From contig JAWMAR010000055.1 in assembly GCA_036785375.1 (NCBI GenBank), forward strand, positions 7,812,001-7,876,000: a stretch of 64,000 nt of DNA. Reading direction: 5' to 3'. A model generated the notes under the pieces. The model did not search any database and was not told the origin of the DNA. It worked only from the letters and a program-made list of their open reading frames with translations. A program made the translations under genes and the position numbers. Shown in pieces: positions 10,470-63,760 of this stretch. Position 1 is the stretch's first letter; each line of letters starts with the position of its first letter. Origin of the DNA: Leucoraja ocellata (Eukaryota).

Positions 10470-12263
10470 TTCAAATGGTGAGATTCAGAATTTTCTTGTT
10501 CTTAGTGTGGGGGCAATGTCACATAACATTGATCCACAATCCAATCTTTTCAGATCGCTAATGGAATTTGACAGGAGCTTGTTTGTGAAATAATTACTGC
10601 TGTTGATAGTAAACAGTCATTTTGAAAAAAGATGAAGAATGACTTGCTTGTCCCGGTCAGGATTTGTCTTTGATGCAAATTAGTGTTAAATTCCATTGAT
10701 CCCAAAAGGAAATATCATCTCGAGCAAGAATTTGTAATAGAGCACCTTTGGTATTGAATGAAAGGCTGGCTTCTGCAGTTGAAGTTTTTTTTTGTCATGA
10801 CCCTGCTGGGGATTTAACATATCTTATTAGGCAATACTTTATCCGTATGGATGTCAGGCTCTCTACTGTTTCAGCTTTCAAAAATCTTTGATTAGGCTGA
10901 TGGTGGTGCTGGAAAATATTATAGCAGTACTGATCCCAGGGACTGGTGCAGAGTGTCTTGTTGCTGGATTAATGGAAGCTCTGAGTGATTGTTAATGAAT
11001 TGTGTAAGTTAATCACTTTGGACTCCCTTTGCAAGATGCTGATTACTATGGCAAAACCTAACTCTTTACAAAAATGGAAAATTAAGGCTGAGAGTAGTAA
11101 GAAAACATGCAGTTCAAGTTTCATAATATAGTGATTAATGAGAACCAGGAAGTAATTGTCGTGATGGGAAATAATAGCATGTGGAGCACAAAATTACTTT
11201 CCAGGTCCCTACAGTAATTTAGATTTGAAGTAAAGAAAATAACTGATTATAGTCTATGCTACATATCTCTTGTCACTTTGTTTATGTTAGCTATTTTGCT
11301 ATGATGATAACTTGCAGCATTTCCTATCATAGTTTGTCGTGGGCTATTAGTAAAAATTGTCTTGGGTGTAGATTTTTCAAATAAATTTGTGATCTAAAAT
11401 TGTGATCGTAGTAGTAAACAGCAAATGTGCTATTGGTTTGCGGTTGTAATGACTCGTTTAAAACAAAAAAAACAAAAACAAAATTGCACACATTCTATTT
11501 TATTGGTGTGTGTGTGTGCAAACTCAATTTTGTTGCAGGTTTGCACATGTGCCGTAGAAGAAATCTAATATAATTATCAATACACGTTGCGTAACTAGTC
11601 CATTTATTTTTTTTGAAGATTGGAGAATTTGTTTTGCATCAAAATAGTGTTGCTTTGGCATTGGATGACCATGTCCATTGTACAGAGAAAAACATTTTGC
11701 ATGATTAACTTAACAAATTTCTTGACCATTGCATACTTCCACTGCATGTTCAGGTCACTGTTGGGAGATGTGACGCACCAGTCATGAGAATTATGTCATT
11801 ATTTCATTTGCAATTAAAACTCGCATAAATGATCAGATTGATGCAGTAATTATTTTTCATAACATTTATACATTACCAACCCATGTATTATCTGGGCATT
11901 CAAAATATTCACTTCTACATAAATTACCCATTGTAATAAGGCTTGATTTAAAGTTGATTATCCTTCCGGTATTCTGTGAACCTTAACTAACCTGAATTTT
12001 AAATAAAATGTAGATCTTTTCATACTTGGTCTTGGTGTGAATTACCCTGTCATTAACACAATGAATAAATTATTTGTCCGTACAGTTAATCCTATAATTG
12101 TTTCACACCTGTTTTACGGAATACAAAAAATTGGTATTGTCATTTCTCAGTTTTTCTAACCTTTCTATGGATTCTTAATCATTTTTGAGTATGTACTGAT
12201 TTCAAAGATATTTCATACCAAGTACCAACATGGGTGAAAATATTCATCTTAATATGAGTAAAA

Positions 12264-12940
12264 AAACAAACTGCTGGGGGAACTTTGCTGATCAGGCAGC
12301 ATCTGTGGAGGGAAATGGCTGGAAAATGTTTCGGTTGTAACTATTCTTCAGATTGATGGAGCAGAAAGCTGGAAATGGGAGGTAGGGCTGGGGACAAGTC
12401 TGGCGAGTGATGGGTGAATAAAGGTGAAAAAAGGGAGTGATGATTGTCCCATGGGTGGAGTAAGTGACAAAGGCTAAATATGAAAAGGAGACAAAGGGGT
12501 GTCAGATGAGAAGTGAAGTGTAAAGCTGGAGAGAATGATATGGGTGGAAAGGGTGGCAGGAGGGGAAAGCGAGGGATTAAAAAAGGATGGGAGATGACAG
12601 TATGGAAGTGAGGAAAGGAGCAGGGTGACTAGCATGTGGGAGAATTGTGTGTCTACTAGTTGGGGTGGAGGCAGAGAAAGGTGGGAGGGGGGTGCTTTGC
12701 ATGAAATTGGAGAATTCAATGTTCATACTGTTGAGTTATAAGCCACCCATCTGCCAATCAGCCCCCCTTGCCACCAATCACATTCCATGCTTGGCCCCAC
12801 CTCGCCCCTCGTTTCCATCTTCTTACCCCCCCCCCCCCCCCCCCCCCCCAACTCCATCAGACTGAAGAACGGTTCCGGCCCAATCCATCATCTGTCCATT
12901 CCCTCGGCAGATGCTGCCTGATCCACTGAGTTCCTCCAGC
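12264..12940. mobile_element. Penelope-like element remnant with inverted terminal segments
   Basis: Minus strand 12700-12741 reads 'L*LNSMNIEFSNF', resembling the C-terminus of Penelope GIY-YIG ORFs. Flanked by opposed copies of the 'caggcagcatctgtggagggaaatgg' repeat (~12290 and ~12895-12935). Confidence 0.6.
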
Positions 12941-13987
12941 TGAAGTGGAGGATGAGACATCAACATCAAAAGCAAAATATGTCAACATCTGTAGTTTTGT
13001 GTGTCTTAAGTTGTAATACAAGAATTGATTTTGTTGTGCTCTAAAATGTTGATTCCGGTCTACAGAATGCATGTTGTACATGCCTCTCGTTATAATAATA
13101 TTATCAAGTAGAAGACTAATGAATGAATTACCAAGTTTGCCATGTGCCATTTACAAATCATTTTAGAAATAATAGACTTGAAAGGAATAGCTACAGTAAA
13201 ACTGGTTAGATTCCACCCAATGAGGCTGTTATGGTTGTAATGTTGGAAATGCAGCAGCCGGTTTTCAAGTAATGAGTTCCCATAAATAGCGATGAGATAT
13301 TCAGATAATCTCTTTTAGTGATGATGATTGAATAGTCAGTATAAGCAAAGACACAATACATGTTCTATGGGAATGGTGGCATGGGATATTTTATCTATTA
13401 TTTTTTTTCTTTCTTTTTAGTCCACCTGAGTGAGCAGCCCAAATGCTGCATGATTGCTCAACCCTTTTCTGAATCTATCTGACCACATAGTTGCACCTCG
13501 CCTCTAATCAATTTCCCATGGAAGTGTTGCTATCCTTCAGAACTAAAGAGAAGCTATTCAGCCTTCAGCAACTCCACTTCAAGACCAAGGTTATCCTGTG
13601 CATGCATTTGCACCTATTTGAAAGCTAAGCTCTAGCCATCGCTGACTCATTCAGTGAAGTATACGAGAGAATAGACCTTTATATTCAACGTCCACAAGAC
13701 AACAATCCCCTATTAACTTATCTTTGCTCTCCAATGATGTTTCACGTTGAGACCCTGGAAAACAGGGACAAATTCCCATATCTCAGAAGCTACCTTTCAT
13801 AGAAGACAATGAGATTTACTATTGCCTTCGATACATCAGCAGAGTCTTTCACTGGGGAAAAAAAGGGTATCTGCAGATCAAGACCTCAGCTCTGGCATCA
13901 AAATCATAGAATACAGGACTGCAGTGATCCCCACCTTCCATGCTCTTCTGAGGCCTGGATTATTTACAATATACATCCACTGATTTT

Positions 13988-14075
13988 GGATGATCAGCCA
14001 TGATCATATTAAATGGTGATGCTGGCTCAACGGGCAGAATGGCCTACTCCTGCACCTATTTTCTGTGTTTCTAAG
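13988..14075 (+). mobile_element. CR1/HER1-type LINE 3' tail
   Basis: gatgatcagccatgatcatatt...gggcagaatggcctactcctgcacctattttct; recurs at about 28640(-), 29275, 42160(-) and 53540. Confidence 0.75.
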
Positions 14076-14252
14076 ACATTGGAAAAGTAACACCAAAGCC
14101 GCCGCTCCAAATTCACTGGAATTATCAAATGAATCCATGTCAGTGTCTACTTTTAGGCCAATATTCTCTTTATTGAGACACCAGTTATACTCAATTGGAT
14201 ATATTCAGCAGAGCATGTTATTCACATGCTTGGTACCAGGCTCCCAAATCAT

Positions 14253-14340
14253 ACCGGAAACAAAAATAAGATCATCACAAACAACCAGTGTCGCTTCAGC
14301 AAGGAAGATGTTGAACGCATGGTTCAGGAAGCTGAGAAGT
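14253..14340 (+). pseudogene. Short HSP70/HSC70 coding fragment
   Basis: Translates as [29 protein letters not shown], closely matching the HSP70 segment [30 protein letters not shown]. Confidence 0.75.
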
Positions 14341-15999
14341 TAGTTTTCAGGCAGACAAAGGGAAATGTTCAAGCATGTGCTCAAAGACGCCTTGAAGGAA
14401 GGCCACACCTCCACCAGCTCCTAGGAATCTCTGCTCTGCAACCACTCAAAGCAGAGGAACATTTGGAATGATTTTAAGAAAGAGTTCCAAGTTTATCTGA
14501 GATTACAGAGGCCCTGCATACAGATATCCTTATCTCAAACTACCCATCCACCAGCCCTGTAAGCCCCATCTGTAGAAGAGTCATCCGTTCCCACATTGGC
14601 CATAACCCAGAAAAAAGCTGGAACAGTTTATCCTGAATCTTGAGGGATAACCTCAGAAGAAGAAGCTGCCAAATAAAAACCTGAGCTTACCATGCACGTA
14701 ATAACCACATTAAACTGAAGGAAGAGAATACGAAAACATCCAACAACACACAGGAGCATCATGGTGGTGCTGTTCACAGTCTGTCATATTTTATATGGAA
14801 AGGTGTGTTCTTTTGTTGGTATTATCAGGAATACCGATTAAAATTGGATTAGTAGCAGACTGAAACTCTGACATTGTGTTGGGAATCCAGAATTTGGGAT
14901 TGCTTCAGCATGGTTTAGAAGTCCTTACCAGCAAATCGGATTGTGTGGTTTCAGGAGGATTCCAAGAGGTGTTTGGATCTAGGTGGAGAATTGAGAACGA
15001 ACAACATTTTGGAAAGAAAATAAATCCATTCCCACAAACAAACTTCACTCCCATGTTAAAAAAAATGTAAAAGCACAGTTCTTAAGTGCACTTGACCCAA
15101 AATAAATCTTTGGGACTTAATTCTCTATTTAGTTAAAATTTGTTTGAAGCTCCCAAGTATTAACAGGGTGACCACATTTTTTAATAACTTTCTCTTATTA
15201 AATGCTGACAGTTTGTAAAACATGTAGATGCATTTGGCAGCTCTTCTGGAGCTGCCGAATGCATCTACAATGCATCTGGAAATATAAAGTTTAAAAGAAA
15301 TTGAATAACAAAGTTAATCTTCTGTAAATGTAATTGAAAATTTTGTTTCAACTTTGTGAACATTATAATTTTGTTACTAAGAAAAATATTTTAATATTTT
15401 GGATAATTATAATACACAACAAACTGACAGGTAAATATTTAAATTGGAAATGATAGTTATAAATATTTGGAAAAGTAATTTTTTTTAATGTGCAAACTTA
15501 GCATTGTGAAACTTGAAATGTATCTTTGGTCACTGTGTACACAAGTTTTTCTTAAATGGAAAAGGAAAATGTAAAACATAGGAATTTCTTCTTGCAATTT
15601 ACATAACATGAGACTAATATCTAAGCTGCAAACAGTTACATAAATTGAGGATATTTGGATTTTTTTTTTTTTAGCTGGTACCAAATCGCCAAACTGCATC
15701 TTGAAGTACAATTGAGTATGTTAGTGCTAAAATGCATTACTTAATTTTATGATTTATCAATAGACATTAGAGTAAACCTTTGTGTATACCATCTGTCTGG
15801 ATATAAAGAGGTTGGTGAATTGCCTATCAATTAGCGAACCTGTCCAGTTTGCTTTGCATTAATCAAAGAGAAGGCTCTGCTGATGGCATGCAACCTCATC
15901 CAAGGTTAATCTCTCCCATTCTCTCAAGCAATACTTAATGCCCAAGCAATAAAGATGGTAATAGATTGAAGCACTTTTTGTACAATATTTTAGAAAGAA

Positions 16000-16620
16000 C
16001 GAGACCAGGTGCAGACCCTTTGGGGCACATTCCCCAAGGCAATATTCCACCACTGACCCATAGCTCCCAACTGCACTGGCGTTGCTGAGGGGTTCCCGTT
16101 GTGACTCCAGAGATCCCCGTTGTGACGCGAGTCACAGCAACCCTCCATCAACTGCATCTCGCCATCCCTCTTCCTACCCCTATCCTCCTCCATTCCCCCC
16201 AGCACTCCCTTCCCCTCTTCACCCTCCCTCTTCTTTCCCCTCTTCTCCCCACTCCCTCTTTCCCTCCCTCTCATTTACTCTACCCTCAGTCACTCCCTCC
16301 CTCCATAACCCCTCTCACCTCCCTACCCCCCTCTATCTGCCTACTCCCCACTCCTCACCTCCCCTATCCCATTCCCTCCTCACCTTCCCCACTGCCTCCT
16401 CCCCTTCTATCCTCACCCCCCCCCCACTCTCCTCTCTATCCCCCACTCTCTTCCTCCCCCCTCCCCTCCCTCTATCTCCCCCACTTCCTCCTACCCCCCT
16501 CCTCTCCCTCTATCTCCCCCCCCCCCCCACTCCTCACCTTCCCCCTATCCCACCCCCACAATGAAAATAACGATGTTTTTAAAAAAATGAAACCTCCCCT
16601 TATCCCGAATTTAGTTACAT
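16000..16620 (-). mobile_element. Non-autonomous Helitron-like copy with pyrimidine-rich low-complexity core
   Basis: Degenerate 3' end 'acgagaccaggtgcagaccc' (family form actagaccaagtgcagaccc). 'cccgttgtgac...agatc..cgttgtgacg.gagtcaca' is shared with the 42422 copy. Confidence 0.6.
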
Positions 16621-17101
16621 GTGTAAATTAAGATCTGAGAAGTTGACTACTTTCCCCTCAACTATTTTCAATGTGATTGATGCCTCCTGATCTTTAAGCA
16701 TGCATCTTTCCGGAACAATAATGGAAATGGCTATATGGATGTCAGTGTTGTTTTAAATGGGAAATGACCAGTTGTTGTTTGTGCTTATTTTGTTGCAATA
16801 TGTACATAGATATGGGTGTGCCAGTCTGAATCTAATACCAGAAAGCTCAAAAGTGTTGTAAATTGCATCCAGACTACTTTTGTTTTTGTTTTTTATTGAT
16901 TTTTAAAATTTGAGCAATTTTACTTCTCAAACATTTTCTTCATACATTGCATCAGGAATGCAGTAATGTCATTTAAAAGTCTAAATTTTGAAGTTATATG
17001 TAATTATTTATTGGTAATCATTAATTATGAAATTGTATGCGATTTGTATCCCAACTGTCATTTTAGTAATAATTATTTAAAAAATCCTTTTTTCCCCTTA
17101 G

Positions 17102-57841
<40,740 letters not shown>

Positions 57842-58110
57842 GTAAGTTTCCGAGGGGCATTCTGTGAAAGATGCCATGATGTTTAAAACATTTTTTTGAA
57901 CTGTTCATCTGCCATCTGATTAGATTAGATTAAATGAAAGCAAAACCATTCCTGATTTGTTCTAATAAGTGGAAAATTATTTAATCAAATACCACTCAAG
58001 TTAAATTTGTATTAGCAAGTAATATTTGTCTTGAGTGTGAAAAACGTATATATTTTATGTCACGTAAAATGCTGTGATCAACTAATAGCTTTTTCTTTTA
58101 CTTTATCCAG

Positions 58111-60945
58111 TTGGAATTTGTAATGTACAGATGGCCAAAGATGGGAAAACAATTACTTTGTGTAGTTTGATCCTCGAAGCTGCAGGCTATGAATACAGGC
58201 GATCCTGAATTGTGAAAACAGTTTACTGTAACTGTTAATCTATTGTATTGTTAAATATTGCTTCTCTATAATATTTAAAGGATGTACACATGTATTATAC
58301 AAATGTACAATGTAAAATAGTATAATGTTAGGAGTTGTAAAACTCCTGTGAATGGATTGGGAACAATTTTGTGTGGTCCATATGATATGTACATTGATCT
58401 GTTTATCTGTGCCACATTTAAGCTTAATTTAGTCATAAATGTCAGCATATGTTGCTGCTGCTTGAAATATTGTATAATTGTATAATTATTCTATGCAAAT
58501 ATTGTTCAAGTGATAGGATTTTTGTAAAGGTACACATTTTGTTAAAATATTTTAATTTTGTATATCACAGATCTGTGGTAGTATAAAATGTCACTGTTAA
58601 CTTTCAAACACGCTATGCGTGATTTTTAAAATGACCAGATATGAAGAAAAGCACGGTAATCTTTATGATCTTAATAGTTGTTTGACTCATTGCAGTGTAT
58701 TATACGTCCATGTTGTTTTAATTTAACCCTTAGTGTGTGTGTCTGTATGTGTGTATATTTATTGACACCCTGAGATTCTTTGAATGATAAACTGTATCTG
58801 CAATTTCTAACTGTCAGGCCTAACAAAGACAGATTTAATTTTTTTTAATTTATTATCAATCTATGTTTTGTTTGCAAAAATCCCACCAGTAAGCTCATAC
58901 ACTGTTCTCTTTAGCAAAGATTTGTACATTTGTACATTTGTAAAAATACATCCAGCCAAGTAAACTTGTGAAAGGAGATTCAACTCCAATCGCACCTTTA
59001 TTTGTAAATATGTAGGGAGGCATGCAGGAACTGTCCCTTCAAAACACTGGTTTATATTAATGTTAAACGTATCTACTATTATACAGGTTTGGCATCATTG
59101 TACTCAAACTATGTGGGCAGACAAGATCATAATTCTCCAATTGCAGCTTCATGTAAATTTTTATTTACACAAAATGTGTCCTATGAAAAAATTACAAGGC
59201 ATTCCTACTTTATAACACCAATGGCACTTAAAGTATGCCTTAGGCTGTCAAGTTTAGAGGGATCCTTCGGTCATGACCTGCATTTTTTTTCATTGAATGC
59301 TTCATTCCAATACCAATTTGATAACAGAGTTTGAAGCACTAATGTCGATGACTATCCAGATGCCTTGTTTGGGGTTTTTGGTAGTGAAAGACCATTGATA
59401 GGATAAAATTGCCTTTCTAATATTTGTAACATGCATCCACATAAAATTAACCTGTTCATAAATTTAATGCATTTATTCATCTATTAACAATAAACAGAGG
59501 GATTCCATACAATTACAAGAATGGTCAATAAAAAATTCAGATGGAATTTGAATATTGGAAAAATTGGGCGTAATTTGTGCCAATAGAATGTAATAGATTT
59601 TAGATTTAGCATTTCTACATCTCCCCAGCATAGATAAATGGAAAGGAAGATCAGCATAGGTCAATTATGAACAGCCAATCTGAGTACTAATGCCAGAGGT
59701 TGGATTGAATTTTGTGTATTCTCAATGGTGCCACTTTGATTGATGTAACAGATGATGCCAAATTGTGTTTCAGGTAAACTGTGTTTTGTCTTTTCTTTTA
59801 AGTGTTAAAATAAGCTACTGCCATTAGCACACTAAGGGTTAACCTTAACTGCCTTTTTTTTATATATCAAAACAATCTCTGGCATAGAAATGTGTGTGAT
59901 ATTCAACAACAGACTTTAATATGGCACTTGCAGTGACCCATTATCATCCAGAATTCACAAAAAAAAATGCTTGGTGTTAATTGGAACTAACTTCAGTTTC
60001 CATAGTGTAAATTGTGTTAAAAGTTCAGAATGACTTCCCACTGCTTTTGCCTTGGTGTGGTCAATTCTCACCAATCCATCTCCCTCCCCCCCCCCCCCCC
60101 CCCCACTTGTTTAACAAAACACAATCTATTAAAACCAGATATGTTTGTGTACCTTCTCCACCTCCCTCCACTGTCTGCTGCTTCTGCACAATGTAGACAT
60201 TTTCTCCTATAGTCTCACAGGCAAAGGGAGAGTTTCTCAATGGCTGGCAACTATGGTTTTTAAGAAAAAATGTATTTTTGTGATATTTATATTTTTGTAT
60301 CATAAGATTGTGTCTGACAGAATTTGTATGCCAGTTTATAACAAATGCAGGGATTTCTTTTGTCTGTTTGAAATGCTATTACGGTAATGTTTTTGTAATG
60401 GATTTTTAATCTGTATAAAGTGCTTACTAATGTTAATACTAAATAGGAAAGATATATAACAGTTACATTAAGAAAGTAGATTTTAGTATGAGGATGCAAA
60501 AGGAAAAATATTCAAACTGGGTCTCATCACCTGCCAGCGTTGGGAGGGGTGAGTTTGTGTCATTTCAGTTACAAAGATAAATGTATGCCATATAATTTAT
60601 TTATATGAAAATTTATTTTTGTAGTGTACATAGTAGTCATCAAGTCTTTTGACAGAAGTATATTTTTAAAGAGTTTATATGTAATGATACAATTGTGTTG
60701 GATCATAAGAGACAGTTTCAGTGCATACTTTCATTGTAACTTACAATTGGAGATGTTTTACAGTGTTAAAAAGAAAGCAACTATTCGAAATGTTACATCA
60801 TTTGGTTTCAACTTCCATGGAATACGTGCCTTGTGTATTTTATCTATTTTGCATCATGGGAAATGGATATTGTGCAAGCTTCCTAAATATTAATGTTCAA
60901 ACACTGATAGAATTTCTAACAAATAAAAATAATATAACTTTTAGT
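58111..60945 (+). other. PTCH1: PTCH1 terminal exon (3'UTR)
   Basis: Acceptor ttttcttttactttatccag ending at 58110. AU-rich and free of interspersed repeats. Blocks resemble the mammalian PTCH1 3'UTR (from recall). End inferred from the poly(A) signal. Confidence 0.7.
60922..60927 (+). terminator. Candidate polyadenylation signal
   Basis: AATAAA followed by a GT/T-rich downstream element (ttttagtttggtgttctt). Confidence 0.6.
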
Positions 60946-61898
60946 TTGGTGTTCTTGATACTTGGTTTCTGTTTTAAATGGTTTGAATTTACAGTCACGT
61001 AGTGCATATTGTCACGGGGGAATTTGGGTTCATAAAAAAACTGCATGCAACCAAACATAGGTCATACACTCAACCCAACTGTTATGTCCTCTGACAATTT
61101 CTTTAGGTTGGGTTAGGCAAGTGACAAAAAGAGTGCCTGGTTGTGGTCTACAGTTGGAAAAGAATGATCAGCAAAATGCCATAATTACCTGAATTCACAT
61201 TTGCCCCCCCCCCCCCCCCCCCCCCCTCCCCAGAGATAAACATTTGATGAAAATTGCACCCGTAAGGCTGTTCTTTACTGATTTCAATGTCAAGCTGAAT
61301 ATAAAAAAAAGATAAAACAGTAGGATACCCATTTTCCTGAAAAGGGGTTGATTTCCAGTTCTTGCTCTCATCTTCAGAGGACATGTAACGGAGCCTAATC
61401 GTCTATGCAATTGTCCCAGTTTTACCTCCCAATCAGGAACCACTAACTGCAATGATCCTGTTTTGTTTTTTTTTGTGTGGCAGATTATTACATTGATTGC
61501 AAATGGAAAATATTTACAATGTATTCATAAATTGCACACTAATACAAACTTAGGTGTATCAAACCATGTGCAAATTGTTCAATGCTACATGCCTGATGTG
61601 GTCATTTGCTTCAGTCAATTCACTCTACTAATGATCACAGATTTTCGAGGTGCACATATCTTTTTTTTTAAAGTAGGAGCTGATCGTGTATAATTAATGT
61701 TGTGAGCGAAAGAACATAATTCTACTGGCCTGCAATAATTTATTCTTACAATTATCAATCATTTTAAGCACATTTTGCATGAAAGATTAGTGATGTTTTT
61801 TTTTTGTTTTTTTACAAAGTATATATAGGACCGAATCTGGCGAACAACCTATGTTCCCAGGGGCAGGTATATGCATGGCCAGCTTTCAGAGGGATGTA

Positions 61899-62385
61899 CA
61901 GTGCATTAAGAAAGTATTCAGACCCCTTCACTTTTTCCACATTTGGTTACATTACAGCGTTATTTTAAAATGGATTAAATTCTTTTTTTTATCATCAATG
62001 TACACACAATATCCCAGAATGAAAAAGCAAAAACAGGTGTTTAGAAAATTGTGCAAAGTAATTGAAAAGAAATAACTGAAATATCACATTTACATAAGTA
62101 TTCAGACCCTTTGCTCGGTACTTTGTTGAGGCACCTTTGGCAGCGATTACAGCCTTGTTGTCCTGTTGGAAGGTGAACCTCTGCCCCAGTCTGAGGTCCA
62201 GAACGCTCTGGAGCAGGTTTTCATCAAGGATCTCTCTACTTTGCTCCGTTCATCTTTTCCTCGATCCTAACTAGTCCCCCAGTTCCTGCCGCTTAAAAAC
62301 ATCCCCACAGCATGATGCTGCCACCTCCATGCTTCACCATAGGTATGGTATTGGCCAGATGATGAGCGGTGCCTGGTTTCCACCA
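61899..62385 (-). mobile_element. Tc1/mariner (IR/DR type) fragment: right TIR plus internally deleted transposase
   Basis: TA|CAGTGCATT terminus. Direct repeat aagtattcagaccc at 61912 and 62096. Minus strand encodes '[19 protein letters not shown]' and 'FTFQQDN'. Confidence 0.88.
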
Positions 62386-63540
62386 GCGTTTCAGGTCAGA
62401 GCCCTTCTTCAGAAGGGAGTACCTGAAGGGAAATTAGCTGGAAAAGCAAATGGGGATGGCACAAAGGCTTGCAAGTGATAGGTGAATATAGATGAGAGGG
62501 TGTTAGAGATGAGGATGTTGGGGTGTAATAAGCGCATGTCCAGGCCATAGGTCACTCGAAATAAACATTCTCAGTAGCTGAGCTGCTGCGTGTATACAGA
62601 CCTGCGTTTCATTCGTAGTCAGGATGGAACCCGGGTCTCCAGTGCCGCAAGCGTTGTTGAATTGCTACTGGAGTTAGATAATGTTGAACAAGTGCGAATT
62701 GGCAATCTCACTACCGTCCCCTCCCAAGTGTCCCATCCCTGTCCGGGGACAGCCGGAGATGTCCAGGGTGACGGAACATTGGCCTGGTGCAGTGGTGGCC
62801 CCAGGCTTACAGCCAGCGCGGAGAAAAAGCGCTAACTGCAGCTCAACTCTGCTCCAACTCCCGAGGAACCCATTCCCCAACGGGCGTGGACTGTCAGCTG
62901 TACCTCTCACCTTATCCACAATCACAATAATACTTTATTAGCACAGTATGTTATGCAATATACGAGGAATTTCATTTGCCAAGTCAGTCCAGTGGCTACC
63001 GGTTAACCCCGTCGGAGTGAGAGAGAGAATGTCCTCCAATGCTGCCAGGAGAGGTTTGTGCAGAATTCCAGAGGGTGGGTTTGAAAAGTGAGATAGAAAT
63101 AAGATCGAATTAATGTTCATAAAAACGCCTGTCCGCTATTGCATTGACAGAATTCTAGATTAATTAATTGGTAGAATACTTAACAAATTATACTTCGATC
63201 GCTTTTTCGTTATCACGAATGACCTTTGACAAAACCCACGATTCCTTGTGTTTTTCAGAATACCGAACTCGCTTATTGGCAGTCAGGTGGAGTAAGTAAC
63301 AATGGTTAGAAATTAAAAGGAGACAAAAAGATGTCAGATAAGGAAAGAAGAGGATGAAAGGGGACAAGCATAATATGGGACTCGGGAATGGGAGATGAGC
63401 ATATGGAGCTGCAAAAAATGTAAAGTAAAATTAAAAACAATCAGGATCAATGATTTTGTGCTGCAGATTGCTTCAAGAAATAGTATGAAAATTGAGATGT
63501 TAATGAAAATCGTATGACCTGGAACGACATAAAATGTGAT

Positions 63541-63760
63541 ACACACACAAAGCTGGGAGTAACTCAGCGGGTCAGGCAGCATCTCTGGAAAAAGGAATAG
63601 GTGACGTTTTGGGTCGAGATCCTTCTTCAGACTGCAGAAGGGTCTCGACCCGAAATGTTACCTATTCTTTTCTCCCAAGATGCTGCCTGACCCGCTGAGT
63701 TACTCCAGCTTTTTGCGTCTATCGTCGGTTTAAACCAGCATCTACAGTTCTTTCCTACAC
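63541..63760. mobile_element. Penelope-derived fold-back element (best-preserved copy)
   Basis: ~85-bp inverted arms (about 63547-63630 and 63632-63717) meeting at two opposed hammerhead-like cores. Confidence 0.75.

Larger units (their letters stand above)
13600..14480 (+). mobile_element. Degraded RTE-type LINE fragment, interrupted by a CR1 tail and an HSP70 fragment
   Basis: Relic RTE C-terminal motifs: 'AVIP..SEAWIIY' (~13921), 'HVIHMLGTRLP' (~14212-14246) and an 'FKHVLKDALK'-like segment (~14367). Confidence 0.55.

Noticed and set aside
16082-16631. Pro/Ser/Leu-rich ORFs of 160-176 aa
   Set aside because: Artefacts of C/T low-complexity sequence inside a Helitron-like repeat.
5260-17101. 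PTCH1 exons 1-2
   Set aside because: No sequence encoding the GKATGRKAPLWLR...ELWVE region was found; presumed upstream of the window.
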